From assembly GCA_013239625.1 (NCBI GenBank), contig MU054187.1, positions 5,033,757-5,097,756 of the forward strand: a stretch of DNA of 64,000 nucleotides. Reading direction: 5' to 3'. This DNA comes from Lama guanicoe. Its lineage: Eukaryota. Below, piece by piece: positions 1 to 12,720 of the stretch. The first letter of the stretch is position 1. Every line of letters begins with the position of its first letter. A model generated the notes under the pieces. It was not told the DNA's origin, did no database searches, and worked only from the letters and a program-made list of their open reading frames with translations. Position numbers and translations under genes: made by a program.

Positions 1-1639
1 ATAATAACAATAATGACTGGGTGGGTAAAAAAAAATCATCTAAAGTTCAACTATATCAACCAAAATGGAAATGCTCAAGAAAATCTGCAGAAAGACTAAT
101 GCACGTTTCATGATCGAGGGCCCTAAGATACCGGCTTGTACGGCGCCGGTGTTCGGTATCCGTACAGCGATTAAGACATTTTTATAAACTGTAAGAAATA
201 TGTGAGCTATTTCAAGGTATAATTCTGAAAAACAGACTTCCATGGAGGAAGCCAATTTAGGAAGAAAACAACATAAACAATAGTAACTTGTGTGCTCAAG
301 TGAAGCATCTCTTTAATTTTGAGTAATGAAGATGTCAGGCCAAATGCTGGAGTAGTTTAACTTAATTAGGTGGCCTATTTTTCCAGGCATCCTTTCACTT
401 CCCATTGAAAACCCAGCTTGTATGCAAGGCAACAAGCGCGATTTTGTCTGTAATGAATACCTCGGGGACCACGCGCCGTGATCATTTGAACGTTGCACTG
501 AAGACTGGTTTGAGTAACTAGTTCGGGCTCGTTAAGATGCCAGACTTCGCTGGACTAACTAGATTACTCAAAGCCTGGCAGCTTTGTTCCTTTATTGGGT
601 GAATGGTCAAAAAGTCAAGTTGACCTGACTCCTGAAATGTCTGCCAAAAGGAGCCAATCTGAAAGTAATTGGTCTAATTTATAGTTCAAATTTATGTCAT
701 GATCATGGAAATTTTATGGCCTATAGTCAAGAGAATTTTTTCAGAAGTGCTCTTAGGAAATATGACACTTTCTAGGCCCCTGCTGTCATACCTCATTGAC
801 CATCTAACCTTGAGAGGTTTCTCCTTAGGAAAACATGTAATTAAAAATATATAGTTATTAATATGTTTGGAAATCTCAAAATATTACAATTCTAACAGTA
901 GATTTAAGAGAATATTGTACGAAAAAGAACTTGGAAAGAGCTGTTGTTTCTGCTGCCATTGCATTGCCTTTGATAAAGAGCAATACGATGTTATTGTGAG
1001 AATAACTGCCTGCTATTATTTAATCTATTATCACATTAATTCTTTGAGGCTTGGACTTGAATAACTGTCTGAGGAGACGGAAGTGCTGGTGCCTTTTGTG
1101 AACGTGTTGTGGTGGTGTTGACACTGGGATGGTGGGGGGCGGGCAGTGCTCCTGGAATGGAGGGGCAATGCTGAATGTCTGAACTGCAGGGCTGAAAACC
1201 ACTGCAAGTAGGTGACAGAGCATGAATGCGATTAGAACATGTACATGAGTCACCCTAACATCTTTCAACAAATGATGCCACGTACTTTTGATGGGTCAGA
1301 CATCACTCCAGCACAGAAGATCAAGAGAGAAAGAATAGTCCTACCACAGTCGGGGGGGCACTGCTACCTGCCACAGCAGGGCAAAGACGTGCCTCCAAAA
1401 CGCCAGCCAGACCCGGGGGAGGCGCTGGACAGGAGGTGTGCAGGCAGGAAGAAACCTGGGTCACTGAGCAACCACGAGAGGAGAGAGGGAAAGGTGGAAG
1501 TGAGGTGACAGGAGCAGAGTTAGCGAGAACCTGGGAGGTCCAGCACTCAGGCAGGAACGTGCAGAAGGACAAGAGGAGACACACCAACAAGCAATGCAGA
1601 GAACAGAATCAGCGCCCCTGGATTAACTCAGGGCTGAGA

Positions 1640-1890
1640 GCACCGGGGAGACGCTCCAAGTTTCTGTCCTGGGTGATGGGGTAGGCGGTGGCAACGCTCA
1701 CGACTCCAGGCAACACAGGAAAACAAGAAGTTTAGGGGGTGAGGGAGTAGGCTGGAGGTGATGAATTTCGATTTGACAAATGGATATGTTGAGCCTGAGC
1801 TGCTGTTGGGACAGGCGCCCGGGGGTTAGAAGTCAGACCTGAAACCCGCACGCGTGAGCGGCCCTAGACATGCAGACACTGTTCGGCTCC
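1640..1890 (-). mobile_element. L2 LINE fragment (degenerate)
   Basis: ctccaagtttctgtcctgggtgatggggtagg...tggatatgttgagcctgagctgctgttgggaca resembles antisense L2. Confidence 0.55.
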
Positions 1891-4800
1891 TCCGCTCGAG
1901 ACGGATGGCATGGAACGCATGTTACATGCTCAGCTACAGGAGCCTAGGGAAAATAACACTGCTCTAGTTTATCACTGTTTCTAATCTTCAGATCTTGAGA
2001 TTTGAGGGACGAGGTAAGAGAGAATTCCAGTGGGGGAAGAAAACAGAAGCTGAAAGAAAGCTGATCATGACTTGAAAATAATCTGAAATAGGATCTCAGG
2101 TCAGGACACTTAACACGTAGGGTTTACCATGATGCTCAGAATGAACAACAAAAACTAGTTCAAGCTTAAAGGATAACTGTTCATGGAAGGAAGGAGGAAG
2201 GAGGGACTGTAAGAAGAAAGGAAGAAGGGAGGGAAGCAAGGGAGCTGGGAGGAAAAACAAACAGAAAGAAATGGTCTAGTGGAGCTGAGGCCAAGATCCA
2301 GAGTAAGTGATTTACTGAAACCATGGTTCAACCAAGCAACCGAAGCTCCTCCATATGATCTGACACCAGCAATATCTTCTGATTCTCCTGGTCAGGTGAT
2401 TCCTTCTTGTGGGAAAAGCCCAGTCCTTCTCAACCTGTCCCACGCAGCACCTGGACTGAGGCGCACGTGAGAAGTGAGGGGTCCCTACACCTGGAGAACT
2501 GGGGAGAAGGTCACCTGTGTGGGTGGGAAGTGTGGAATGAATAGGTCACCATGGAAAAGGAGATTCCTGAAACTACCGCAGAAGAACAAGAATGAGGAAA
2601 AGGAAACTCAAATAAATAAATCACCTTGCTGCCCTAGACAGTTCCTACCAAGAGAACCAGGCTCCTCTTTTGTTTCTTTGGATGTGTTTAATTCAAATGA
2701 ACATTTGTATCTTGAGTATAATCAGTCACATACAAGGAATTACAGAAGGTACTAGAATGGTAAGGGCTGGAGAAAAGGAGCTTGAGTTTTTCAGGGAAAG
2801 AGAAGGCTCTCTGAGCATGAGTGTCTGCGTGGGCCTGGGCAATTCTGGAGAAGAGGCAGAGCTCCAGTGGGCAGCCGGTCCCCTCTGGCGCCTTGTTGTG
2901 GCCTCTGGCGTGCTAGTCAACCAAATTTTAGGGTTAGGAATAGGGAAAGAGTGAGTTTGTGATGGTCTGTGGTCCCTGTTCATGTCTGGCTTCCCTTCCA
3001 CCAGCCCATACACTTTTCCCCTCAAACTGTACAGAAGGGAACCAACAAGTTCATGAGGTATCAAGCAACACAGGGTCGGTTAGCCCACAAAGAAGTCTTG
3101 TGTTGTATGGTGCAAATTTTATCCGGAGTATGAAAAAGTTAAATGGCGTTTAAAGGATTGAGTGGCCAGCACACTTAGAGCTATTACAGGAGAAAATAGT
3201 CAACATTCTAAGAACGAAGCCAGGGAGAAGTGGAAATGTCATGGGTTTTTTGTTATATACTCATCAGGCTTATCACAGGGTGGTGTTATTTGATGGAAAA
3301 GCCACTTATTGATTTCAAAGCTAGATGCAAAAAAAATTTTAAGGATTTTACACACCCGCTTAAGAGGTATAGAATTCATGCAGCAGATCGTGCCAGAGAG
3401 CCCTCTGGGACCGTCTAAAAGAATATCATTAATTTTTACAGTGCACTTCCAGTTCTGGAGCCCCGCCAGCCTTGGCTTTCTAGAAAGATCATTTCAAGTT
3501 TAGAGTGATGCTGTTTGCTCGCAGCAACATCACAGGAGCAGCAGTGCACCATATGCTGCTACTTAGCAACTCGGTCTGTAAGTCCCAAAGCATGTACTGA
3601 TTTGAAAATCGAACAGGAATTATATTCGTTGAGTGATACTAAGAGGCAAGTTGTTTGGATTACTAACTATGCAGATGTTTGATGGCAGGGAGGGAAAGGA
3701 ACAAGACGATTTTTTCCCCTGCAGGATGACTAAAATCTTATTTATAGCTGCCAAAAGGGGTAAACTGATTAAAATTCCCCTAAAAGAATACCAGGTGATG
3801 AATTCTTGAACATGCTATATATTACAGTAAACAAAAGAAACGTTAAGTACAAAATTGAGCTAAGGCCATTCAACTGACGTAATGTGTGAAGTGTATTCCC
3901 TGCCAGAGTACGTATTATCTTATAGCAGGCGACTTTTTAAAATAGCACATTCTAAAAACATTTTCCTATATGCGACGTTATTAAAAAATAGTTTGCTCCT
4001 GGCACACAAACCCGCCATATCTTTACAAAGCGCAGAAAATATCTGGAGCGCCTTACTCCTTCATAAATTACCGCTGGTATTTAAAGCATTCTCGGTAACT
4101 CTTGACTCAGATATTAAGAAGAATAATCTTAGTTGTTAGATTTTACTCAGGGCTTAATATTATCCATTGCACTTGAATTTACAAAACGAACGAGCCAAGT
4201 TGTTACGATGCGTATGCTTTGAATTTCCAATCCTTTATCCAAAAGTCTTTAAGACGGACATAATGATTCTCCGAAAGGGAGCAGCTGCTTTATAACAGCA
4301 ATCACTTAGTGAGTTTGTGTTTCTACTGGTTCAAACAAATTCAATTAGCCCTTACACTTCAAAACCCTAAAGGCACCAAAGAGATGATACCGGGTTCTTT
4401 AATCTAATAGTAATACTAAACTTGTCAGGACAGTTTGGGGATTGATGGTTAGAAGAAAATTAATAGTAACATTTTTCATTTTTTAATCAAACAGTCCTAT
4501 TCAGAACTACCTACGGACCTTGGAGGCTACTTCGCTGAATGAATTCAGTTAAGTAAGAATTCTAAATGCAAAGCCAGCCTTCCAGAGGTATTCAGCTGAA
4601 TGGAAGGAAACGTGGTCCGGATCTTTGAACTCAATGATGACCTTCTCGTCTGAACAATATAGCGTAGTTTCCAGAATGTCTGCCAGAGAAGGCAGCGATC
4701 ATGAAATGCCTTCTAAGTGCAAAGTTCACAGAGAGGCAGGCCTGCTTCTGTTTTGAGTTAAGCCTGAGACATTTTGTTCTTAGAGAAATTTCAAAGCCCC

Positions 4801-5340
4801 ATGAAGTGCACCCCTGACAGATACATTAGATTTAATTCACTGACAACCACCATAAAGAAAAATTGTTTTATTTTTGTTCCCTATTCCCTCACCCCTCCCA
4901 GTTATCAAATCTATTTGGGCAATGTAGACCCTGAAAACCGCTGTGCTGGAGCTCACAGCCATAGCTACTGACACGCGAAACTCCAAGCTACCGTGGTTTA
5001 ACTCTTCTACAAAAAAACACGTTCACGTCCACAAAGTGCTCTTGTGAACTCTCCCTCACTCTCACTTATTTATGTATTTATTTTTGCTCACAATGTTCTT
5101 ACGTATCCTGTTACAGCCCCCCCCCCCAAGGGCAGCTATCATTTTGCTTCAAATGCCCTCTGGATCAAAGGGCCCGGTCTTAAGTATCTAAAAATAAATA
5201 GCCAAGTATTCAGTTCTATAAATGTAACCATTTACATTTTCATTGGACTTTGGCTGTCACTTCTCATGATTAAATACCTTGTCAGCCATTCCCAGTGAAA
5301 TGCACACAAACACGCCCTTCAAAGGTTTCCATCACAAATC

Positions 5341-5585
5341 AGGAGTTTGGGATTGACAGACACAGACCAGTAAATGTAAAATAGATAAACAACAAGGACC
5401 TACTGTGGACCACAGGGAACTATATTCAATTTCTTGTAATGAGCTGTAATGGAAAAGAATCTGAAAATACAGGTATATATATTTACGTATAGATATAACT
5501 GAATCACTTTTCTGTACACCTGAAACTAACACTGTAAATCAACTACACTTCAATAAAAAATAAAATTCAAAAAAAGAAAAAAAAA
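5341..5585 (+). mobile_element. 5'-truncated L1 3' UTR (artiodactyl-type) with poly(A)
   Basis: aacaaggacctactgtggaccacagggaactatattcaa...tgtacacctgaaactaacactgtaaatcaactacacttcaataaaa, A-tail, degenerate TSD aaaggtttccatcaca / aaagcttgcatcaca. Confidence 0.9.
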
Positions 5586-8174
5586 GCTTGCATCACATCA
5601 CGCACTTTGGCTCGAAAGCAGCCGCAGAGCGCTCACTGGCCACGTGATTTTGAGGGTCAGTGTCACGCTTTACTGAAAACTGCCCGAATGGCGGATCATG
5701 AAAGCTATCTGTGACAAGCGTAGCTTATAATGATTAACTCGTCTATAGTCAGAAGCTCAAATAACCTGCACCTGTAAAGACTTTATTTCCTAAAGGTAAA
5801 ACAACTGTTTAGGAAAGATCATGCTGGCAAAACAGCTGTTTGCCGTTCTGGAGAGGAAACAAGGTATTATCTTTCAACAAATGCCAACTCCGGTGTTTTA
5901 TCAGCTCGATCTCATTAACTGGAAACAAGGCTTAAACGCTTTGTTTATAAATGATGATTATTCCTGATTGCGGCAGTTACTGATAGCGCTACTCATTTGC
6001 AATGCAACTCTTTGAATTTGTTTAATTACAATTTGAAACAAGGCAGAGAAGATTAATTAACCCACCTGGCTGGCTGGCACATAGTCCTGGCTCGGCTCTG
6101 TCATGCTCATATACATGTTCTCACCGTCAAACTGCGAATGAAATAATAGTAAACATTCAGCAATCTCGACTGTGTGCATGTTTGTTGTTGGTTTTTTTTT
6201 TTTTCACCATCAAACTGGAAAACAGTAGCCATCAAAAAAAAAAAAATACCATGGTTGGAAATACAAAAGATCTGTCCCAGCAAGAGAGCCCGTCTATTCT
6301 CTGACGTTTCTGTTGTCATCCTTCCTGACCCTGGATGTCAGTGATTTGGAGTAATTAGTGCTCTAGTAATGACAGCAAGCAAGCAAGAAATGAATGGCTT
6401 CCTTTCCTCCGCAATCTGTTGTAAAACAAAATGGCTCATTTTGGGAAACATGAATACGTACTGCAGTTCGGCTGTAATGAAGTATTAAATGGACGGCATG
6501 ATTTCTGAACGAAAAGGATGACGGAAGACTCACTAAGGCACAGCTCAGTGCATTCTAAGTTGGCTCTCAGAGATGAGAAAGTGCAGACTTTTCGTAACAG
6601 ACCAAAACTGGTTTCATCACAATCACCTTATGATTAAAAATTTTTTTTAACTTTATCATCATATTTGAAAAGAGCACGTGCCACGACAAGCACGGCTAAG
6701 GATGGTGACAACAATGCGTAACAATAAAAATGTGCAGGCCCGATGACTGGACTCCCCCCTCCACAGTCCTTCAAAGGCAGAATTCATGTAAGTGTTACGA
6801 ATGCATAGACATCCATATACCAATTTGCCAGTTAGGAACAAGAAGGGAGGCGGGAACTCACGGGGGCAGGACGAGCGCAGAACAGGGAGCAGCTCAGGCA
6901 ACAACAATGGCAACATGAACAACAGCTTTCCATGATTCGGGTGTTTGAAAGCGGTGATCACTCCATTCAGACTTAATCCTCGGCTATCTTTAGTCACTTG
7001 ATAAACAGGCAGGGCGTTCCCCTTGTCATGAGAGGAAGAACTTTCCCAAGGAAATAATCAAATGGACTAACAGGGCCAGCTTCAAAGAGCCAAGTCTGAA
7101 TATACTTTCATTGCTGGACTCATTTCAGACCTGGGAACTTGCAAATCTTGACAAGTTTCTTTTCAGGACAGGGTAGTGTTATGGATGGAGATACAAATTC
7201 AGTCCCATGGACACACTTTATCTACCATCAGAAAAACTACGCAAGGTCATGGTGGATGTGGTTCCACCATCGGTGAGCTGCTAGCGTAAGAGGGCTGGAC
7301 AAACGCTAGGGACACATCCAAGCTTGGGAACTGGCTCTGAACTGTGGTCAGCCACAGAGGGTGCCCCCAAGATTTGTATAAACACCAGGCGCGCAAGTAG
7401 AGCCCTCCCAAAGGACACGGAAGCTCTCGTTAAGCTCAGTTCAGAGAAACAGAGGATTTCCTCACCCCTTCATCCTGCAGATATATTTCATGTTACGTAA
7501 ACAAACTTATCTAACCAGGTCTGAAATCACTTACTGAATGATGTGGTTCTTAGGACAGATCAGAAATCACACACCCAGAAAAGAAGAGCTGAACATGCTG
7601 GCTGCTCTGTCCTCTGACTTAGAGGCCCTGAGTCCCAGTGACTTACCCAAGGTCGCTTTTCCATCAGTTAGGTGAGTGCCTTCAGCCCAAAGATAGTCTA
7701 GGCCCAGTCAGTCTGCCTCGCACGCCGACCAGCTCAAAACCTGACGCAGAGCAGCGTTTAGCCTTTCTCCACCCCAACCCACTGTTGGTTTGTTTATAAA
7801 TGTTTTTAATGTTAAGATGCCAAAGAACCATTTAAAATATGGACAGTTTCTCTGACTGTTCTAAACTGAACAGAAGTAGTGAAGTGAATCAAATCCTCCA
7901 CTGCCTATGCATATCCTATAAATGTGTTACTTTCTATTTCATCTTCTCTTACTCATTTTCTAAATCTGGTGTCATTCTTCAGCCAACGAAGGCTTTGAAG
8001 TTTTGGTTTTAGTCTATCCAAAGCGTATGCTAATTGAGTCTATTCAGTGTTCTTGCTCCTAAGGACTCTTTCCTCCAACAGTACCCATGCTTCAGTAACA
8101 CGGAGCCAAGGCTGAAACAGCATTTCAATAAAAGATGTGTGGCTACAGGGAAAACTATTTTTTTTTAGTATATT

Positions 8175-8360
8175 CTGTGTGCTCATAACCTACCTGTATC
8201 TTTACATGTATTCACTGATACGTATTAACTGACTTAATCTTCACAACCACCAAGAGTTAGGTATTATCGTTACCTGTAAAGGCACAGAGAACTAAAGCTA
8301 GGTGCTCAAAGTTACACAGCTCCTAAGAGGCAGGGCTGGAATTCAAAGCCAGGAAGCCTA
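8175..8360 (-). mobile_element. MIR SINE
   Basis: ttaatcttcacaacc...aaggcacagaga...gttacacagctcctaagaggcagggctggaattcaaagccagg matches reverse-complement MIR core. Confidence 0.75.
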
Positions 8361-8627
8361 GCACATGCCCATAACCCCCATATAACATATATAATATATT
8401 CTGAACCATGATGACGAGTTAGCTATCAATTCTGAAGATAATATCAATATAGTGTCAACACAGAGTGATGACAGTATCTCAATGATGTTGAGATACTATA
8501 TAGAACCTCTACAGTATTGTGAGGCTTTCAAAAAACAAAAAGAGTCCCAGTGAGCTGGCAATTTAGTAATCAAGCTGGTAGACTATTCCTGGATGCTTTA
8601 TAATTAAGCCTTAAAAGATTGAGAGGT

Positions 8628-9215
8628 GGTATGATGATAAATTTTATGTGTCAACTTGACTGGGCCACAGGTGCCCAGATATTTGGTCAAATGTTATTCT
8701 AGGTACACCCACTACAGCATTTTTTGGATAAAATTAACCTTTGAATTGGCAAAATGAATAAAGCAGATTGCTCTCCCTACTGTGGGTGGGCCTCATCCAA
8801 TCAGTTGAAGGACTGAATGGAAGAAAAGGGCTGATGGCTCCTGAGAGTAAGAGGGAACTCCTCAGGCCTGACTGCCTCTGAGCTGGGACACCAGTCTTCC
8901 TGCCTTTAGCCCCTAACTGAAACATCAGCTGTTCCTGGGTCTCTAGCCTGCCAGCTTTTGGACTGGAACTATACTATGTGTTACTGTTAGATTTTTTTTT
9001 TTTTTAAACAAAGCAAAAAAAACCAACCAAACAAAAAAAACAAAAAACAAAAAAACAACTCCTGGGTCTCTAGCTTCCCAACTCCAGATCTTGGGACTTC
9101 TCAGCCTCCATAATCACATGAGCCAATTCCTCAGAATAAAAATCTCCCTCTCTCCCTATCTATCTGTCTAAACAAAACCAACAGGTTTTCTGTTTCTTTG
9201 GTGAACTCTATATAG
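8628..9215 (+). mobile_element. MLT2 (ERVL) solo LTR, with an internal T-run/A-rich insert at ~8975-9058
   Basis: Diagnostic start atgataaattttatgtgtcaacttgactgggccacagg, tgtgggtgggcctcatccaatcagttgaagg, cagcctccataatcacatgagccaattcc, end tctgtttctttggtgaactcta. Confidence 0.9.
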
Positions 9216-12200
9216 GTGGCTTCTTCTAATACTACCAAGATATTCACAACTCCTCTGAAAGCTTCTTTCTGCAGGATCTACAGTGTGGAGATACATAAAG
9301 AGATGATCTCTATCTCACACCATGGTGATTTTGCTATGAGTCTCTGGCCTCACCATGCCCACCCCTGTGCCCCAATGCACATCATGTGCATCCACACCTC
9401 TGTCCACTACCTCCCTTCCCTTTTACTTGTTGAAGCATTTTTTTTACCCCTTGGCTCCCCTTAGTCAGGGCTGGGCTCTCTCTAGCCTGTGGGTTCCCCA
9501 AGGTAGCCCTCTGGCTCCAGGCAGGTTTTGTTGTCAAGGGGCTAATGCCACAGGGCTGCAAGCTACCAGAAGACAGTACACATCCTGGTTCTCTTCAGTG
9601 TCTTGTCTCTACAGCTTAAGGCCAGCATATAAGAAGTTCTCAGGACATGTCTAACTAACAAAAATTAAATAACATTTGCATGATTATATAGATTACTTTC
9701 CTAGAGAAGGCAGTGACTCAAGAAAAGGAGGAAGGTTCAGCTTTTAGAGAATGGATTGAAGGCTTCTGAAAGGAGACAACTCATAGTCTTGCAGTGGATT
9801 AAAACTGGTTGCTACAGGAGCAGAAGCCCTTAAAAAGAAAAAAAAAATGTGCAGAAATAGCCAAGATCCCATCACTTAAATGCTGAAACCTGTTTGTGTT
9901 TAATTAAAAAACATGGAGATTGACCAAGAATCAAGAGACCAGGCTATGAATTAACTCATGGCCTCTTTCTGAAGAATTCTGAGTTATCAATCAAAGACAA
10001 ATGTGTCAGAACAGGGCTGGTCATTCCCCTCGTGTGTGGACAAACTCTTGAGCCCAGGAAGAAGGACAGGCCGAGCTCCCAGGGCCCCAGCCACCCCCCC
10101 ACCCCCATCCCCTCATCAGGTTAATGTCATCCCTGCAGGTTTTACAGCTCCGCCCAACCACGCCCTGTCCAGCAGCTGCTTCCGGGATCTCAACCGGCCT
10201 CGTGCTGATGCAGCATTCTTAGAATGCACCCCTTGTCTTGGGTGTAGGTCAGCCTACTGTTTGAAGTAGAATCAGGGTGCACAGAGCCCTAGGATTTTGG
10301 TCTTGGGAAGGTCCCTGGAGGCATCGTATCTGAACCCTTCATGCTATGACTGAAGAAACAGACTTTTCACGGGTTGTGCAGTCCACTCAGGAATAGGATC
10401 AAGGTCTGGATTCCTGGTAGAAGAGTTTTCCACCAAGACATACTGTTTTGTACTCCATCACTCATGGTACCTGGGGGATCAGATCTATGATGATTTGTGG
10501 CTTATTTGCATAGCCCACGTTCTTGAAGGTACAGTATTTGCATTATTACACTCAAGAGCCCAGTTCACCTCACCTGGACCACATATTAGGTGAAACTTAT
10601 TAATAATTCTTGTAATAACATTGTTTTATTAAAAATAACTAACTACACTTCCTTACCCCTTACACTGATCACAGTTATTACTCTTAGAAGTCAACTGAGT
10701 GTAGGTATTGTGACTTTTCAAATGTATCTACGCATCCTGGGACGTTTAATTTCCACGTATTCTCATTTTAAAATCTGAAGCAAAGTTTGAAGGAATAAAT
10801 AGGCCAACTTATTTAAATCTAAATGTAAATGGCATCAACTCAGGATTAGCCTTTCTGACCAAGTGCTTTATACTCTTCCTCGTGTTTTAATTTCAAAGCA
10901 CCGGGGGAGGCAATCACATAAAAAGTCACTTATAATCTTCTACTACAGTTTTTAAAAATTGTTTTCAGAGGATATTACCCAAACCCATAATCCCAAAGAG
11001 CTTTTCAAACTAGGTAGTTATTATTTCTTCTATTTAAAAACTGAAAGCAGACATCCAACACCATCTGAACAGAGGGCACGATGAGCAAAAAGAGCAACAG
11101 TAGGGTCCCAAACCGTGAACACAAGGAAAATCAAAGATAGACTGTGAAGTGTAAAATCGGTCATTGGCTCTGGTGCAGGAAATGGGATCTTTTTAGGGAA
11201 ACCATTACAAGAAAACCAGAAAACTGCGGCTGGCGGAGGAGAGGGACCTCATGGGATTCATGAAACAGTACCACACTGTATCTCCTGGAAAAGGGAAAGC
11301 CTTACATTTCTGGGTGTTTTCTGAAGGAATATTGGATACTTTGTGTTTTTTTTTTTTTAGGAGCTAAAAATGGAAATGTTTGTAACAGAGTCAATCTGAC
11401 ATTTCTTAGAAGATAATAAATCATTATAAGACAGAGTAATATCCTCAAAATAAAATACCCATTTTTGTATTGCTTGGCTCAGTATAAAACTCAAAGTCTT
11501 TTTTTTTTTTCGGTAATGAAAGAAATAACTTAAGTCTGGTCAGTGAAGCTAAAGACTTGCTGTTTCACGCAGAGCAATGCATTTTGAAAGCTACAGCAGA
11601 GTGTGAAGGGCGGTAACGTGGCTGAGCACATGCATCACCGCCGTTTACACGCGGAGTAACTTGTATCCAATAAAAACAGCAAGGTGCACTCCGACGCTCA
11701 CTGTGCATCCTCCCATCCTCAAGGGAGAAGGTCAGCAGACACGGGAGAGGGAGCATGTGTTTATTTCTCCTCCAGCTTCAAGGCTGACCGTGGAAATGCA
11801 AGATCGGCTAAGGCGGTCCGCCTCCCTGCTGAGCCAGGCTGACTGGAACTGGTGCTGAGCACGGGGCCAGGAAAAGTAGCTCAGCCCATCAACACCCAGA
11901 GAAAAGGAAACAACCGCCGTCAGGTCTTTGAACGAATGTGTGTTACAACCTGGGAGCACTCAGAGCTGAACCACGAAAGAGAAACCCCTCCTGGTCGGCT
12001 CCCGTCACTTGAACCTGAGTGGTAAACAATGCTGCAGGTCTGAATGGCACGGAGGGAAACATGATCAGGGCTCGGAGCGGCTGCTTGGAGGCCACTGGAG
12101 GGGGCGAGAGAGAATCCCCACTAGCAGAAAGCCACACCCACCACTTGGAATCTGCGCTCCATTCGGGAACTGAATGTACGTTCTCTTTTTTTGTCCTACA

Positions 12201-12499
12201 GACGCATTTATGTGGGGAAGACCTGTCTATCACGTCTCTAGTGTTAACTTTGATAACTGAAATGTTCAGTAATTAACGCTACGCACGTGTCTTGATCCTG
12301 TCTTTGTAAAGGGTGACCTAGTCCAAGGCCCAGTGGCACGACTCGCACGGTAACAGCAGTCTCCCTCTGCTGTCAAGGGTCTGGCTACAATTCAGTGTAA
12401 ATTCACTCTAAACTTATGAACTCAAATGCACTCTGTTATTTTAAGTAGTCACACTTTAAGGGCCCCACACTTCAGATAATGATGCTATCATGGTTGAAA

Positions 12500-12720
12500 G
12501 CAGTTCTAACCTTTACAGGCACTTTCTAAGCACATTACATCTATTAAGCCATTTCATTTTTGGAACAGTCTTGTCATACGGTGAACACTATTACTCCCAT
12601 CTTACAGAAGACAAAACTGAGACCCAAAGTTAAGTCCTGTCTGTGATGGATCCAATCACATATTCCCGAGGTCTTCTCAGCCTGCCTGACCCTCAGGCCT
12701 TGGCCACTGGCCTTTAATTC
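12500..12720 (-). mobile_element. MIR SINE
   Basis: ctattactcccatcttacagaagacaaaactgagaccca matches reverse MIR core. Confidence 0.65.

Noticed and set aside
1020..1203. Pro/His-rich minus-strand frame after a cttgcag acceptor-like site
   Set aside because: All three frames stop within ~60 codons, there is no good donor, and no known protein is recognised
7640..7745. Minus-strand AG...GTAAGT exon-like segment
   Set aside because: The donor lies in a MIR-like ccttgggtaagtcact motif, a common source of pseudo-donors
8405..8500. ATGATGA/CTGA boxes and a 10-bp hairpin (8473-8497) suggesting a C/D snoRNA or miRNA
   Set aside because: On the strand opposite the inferred host gene, box spacing is too short, and the stem is far too short for a pre-miRNA
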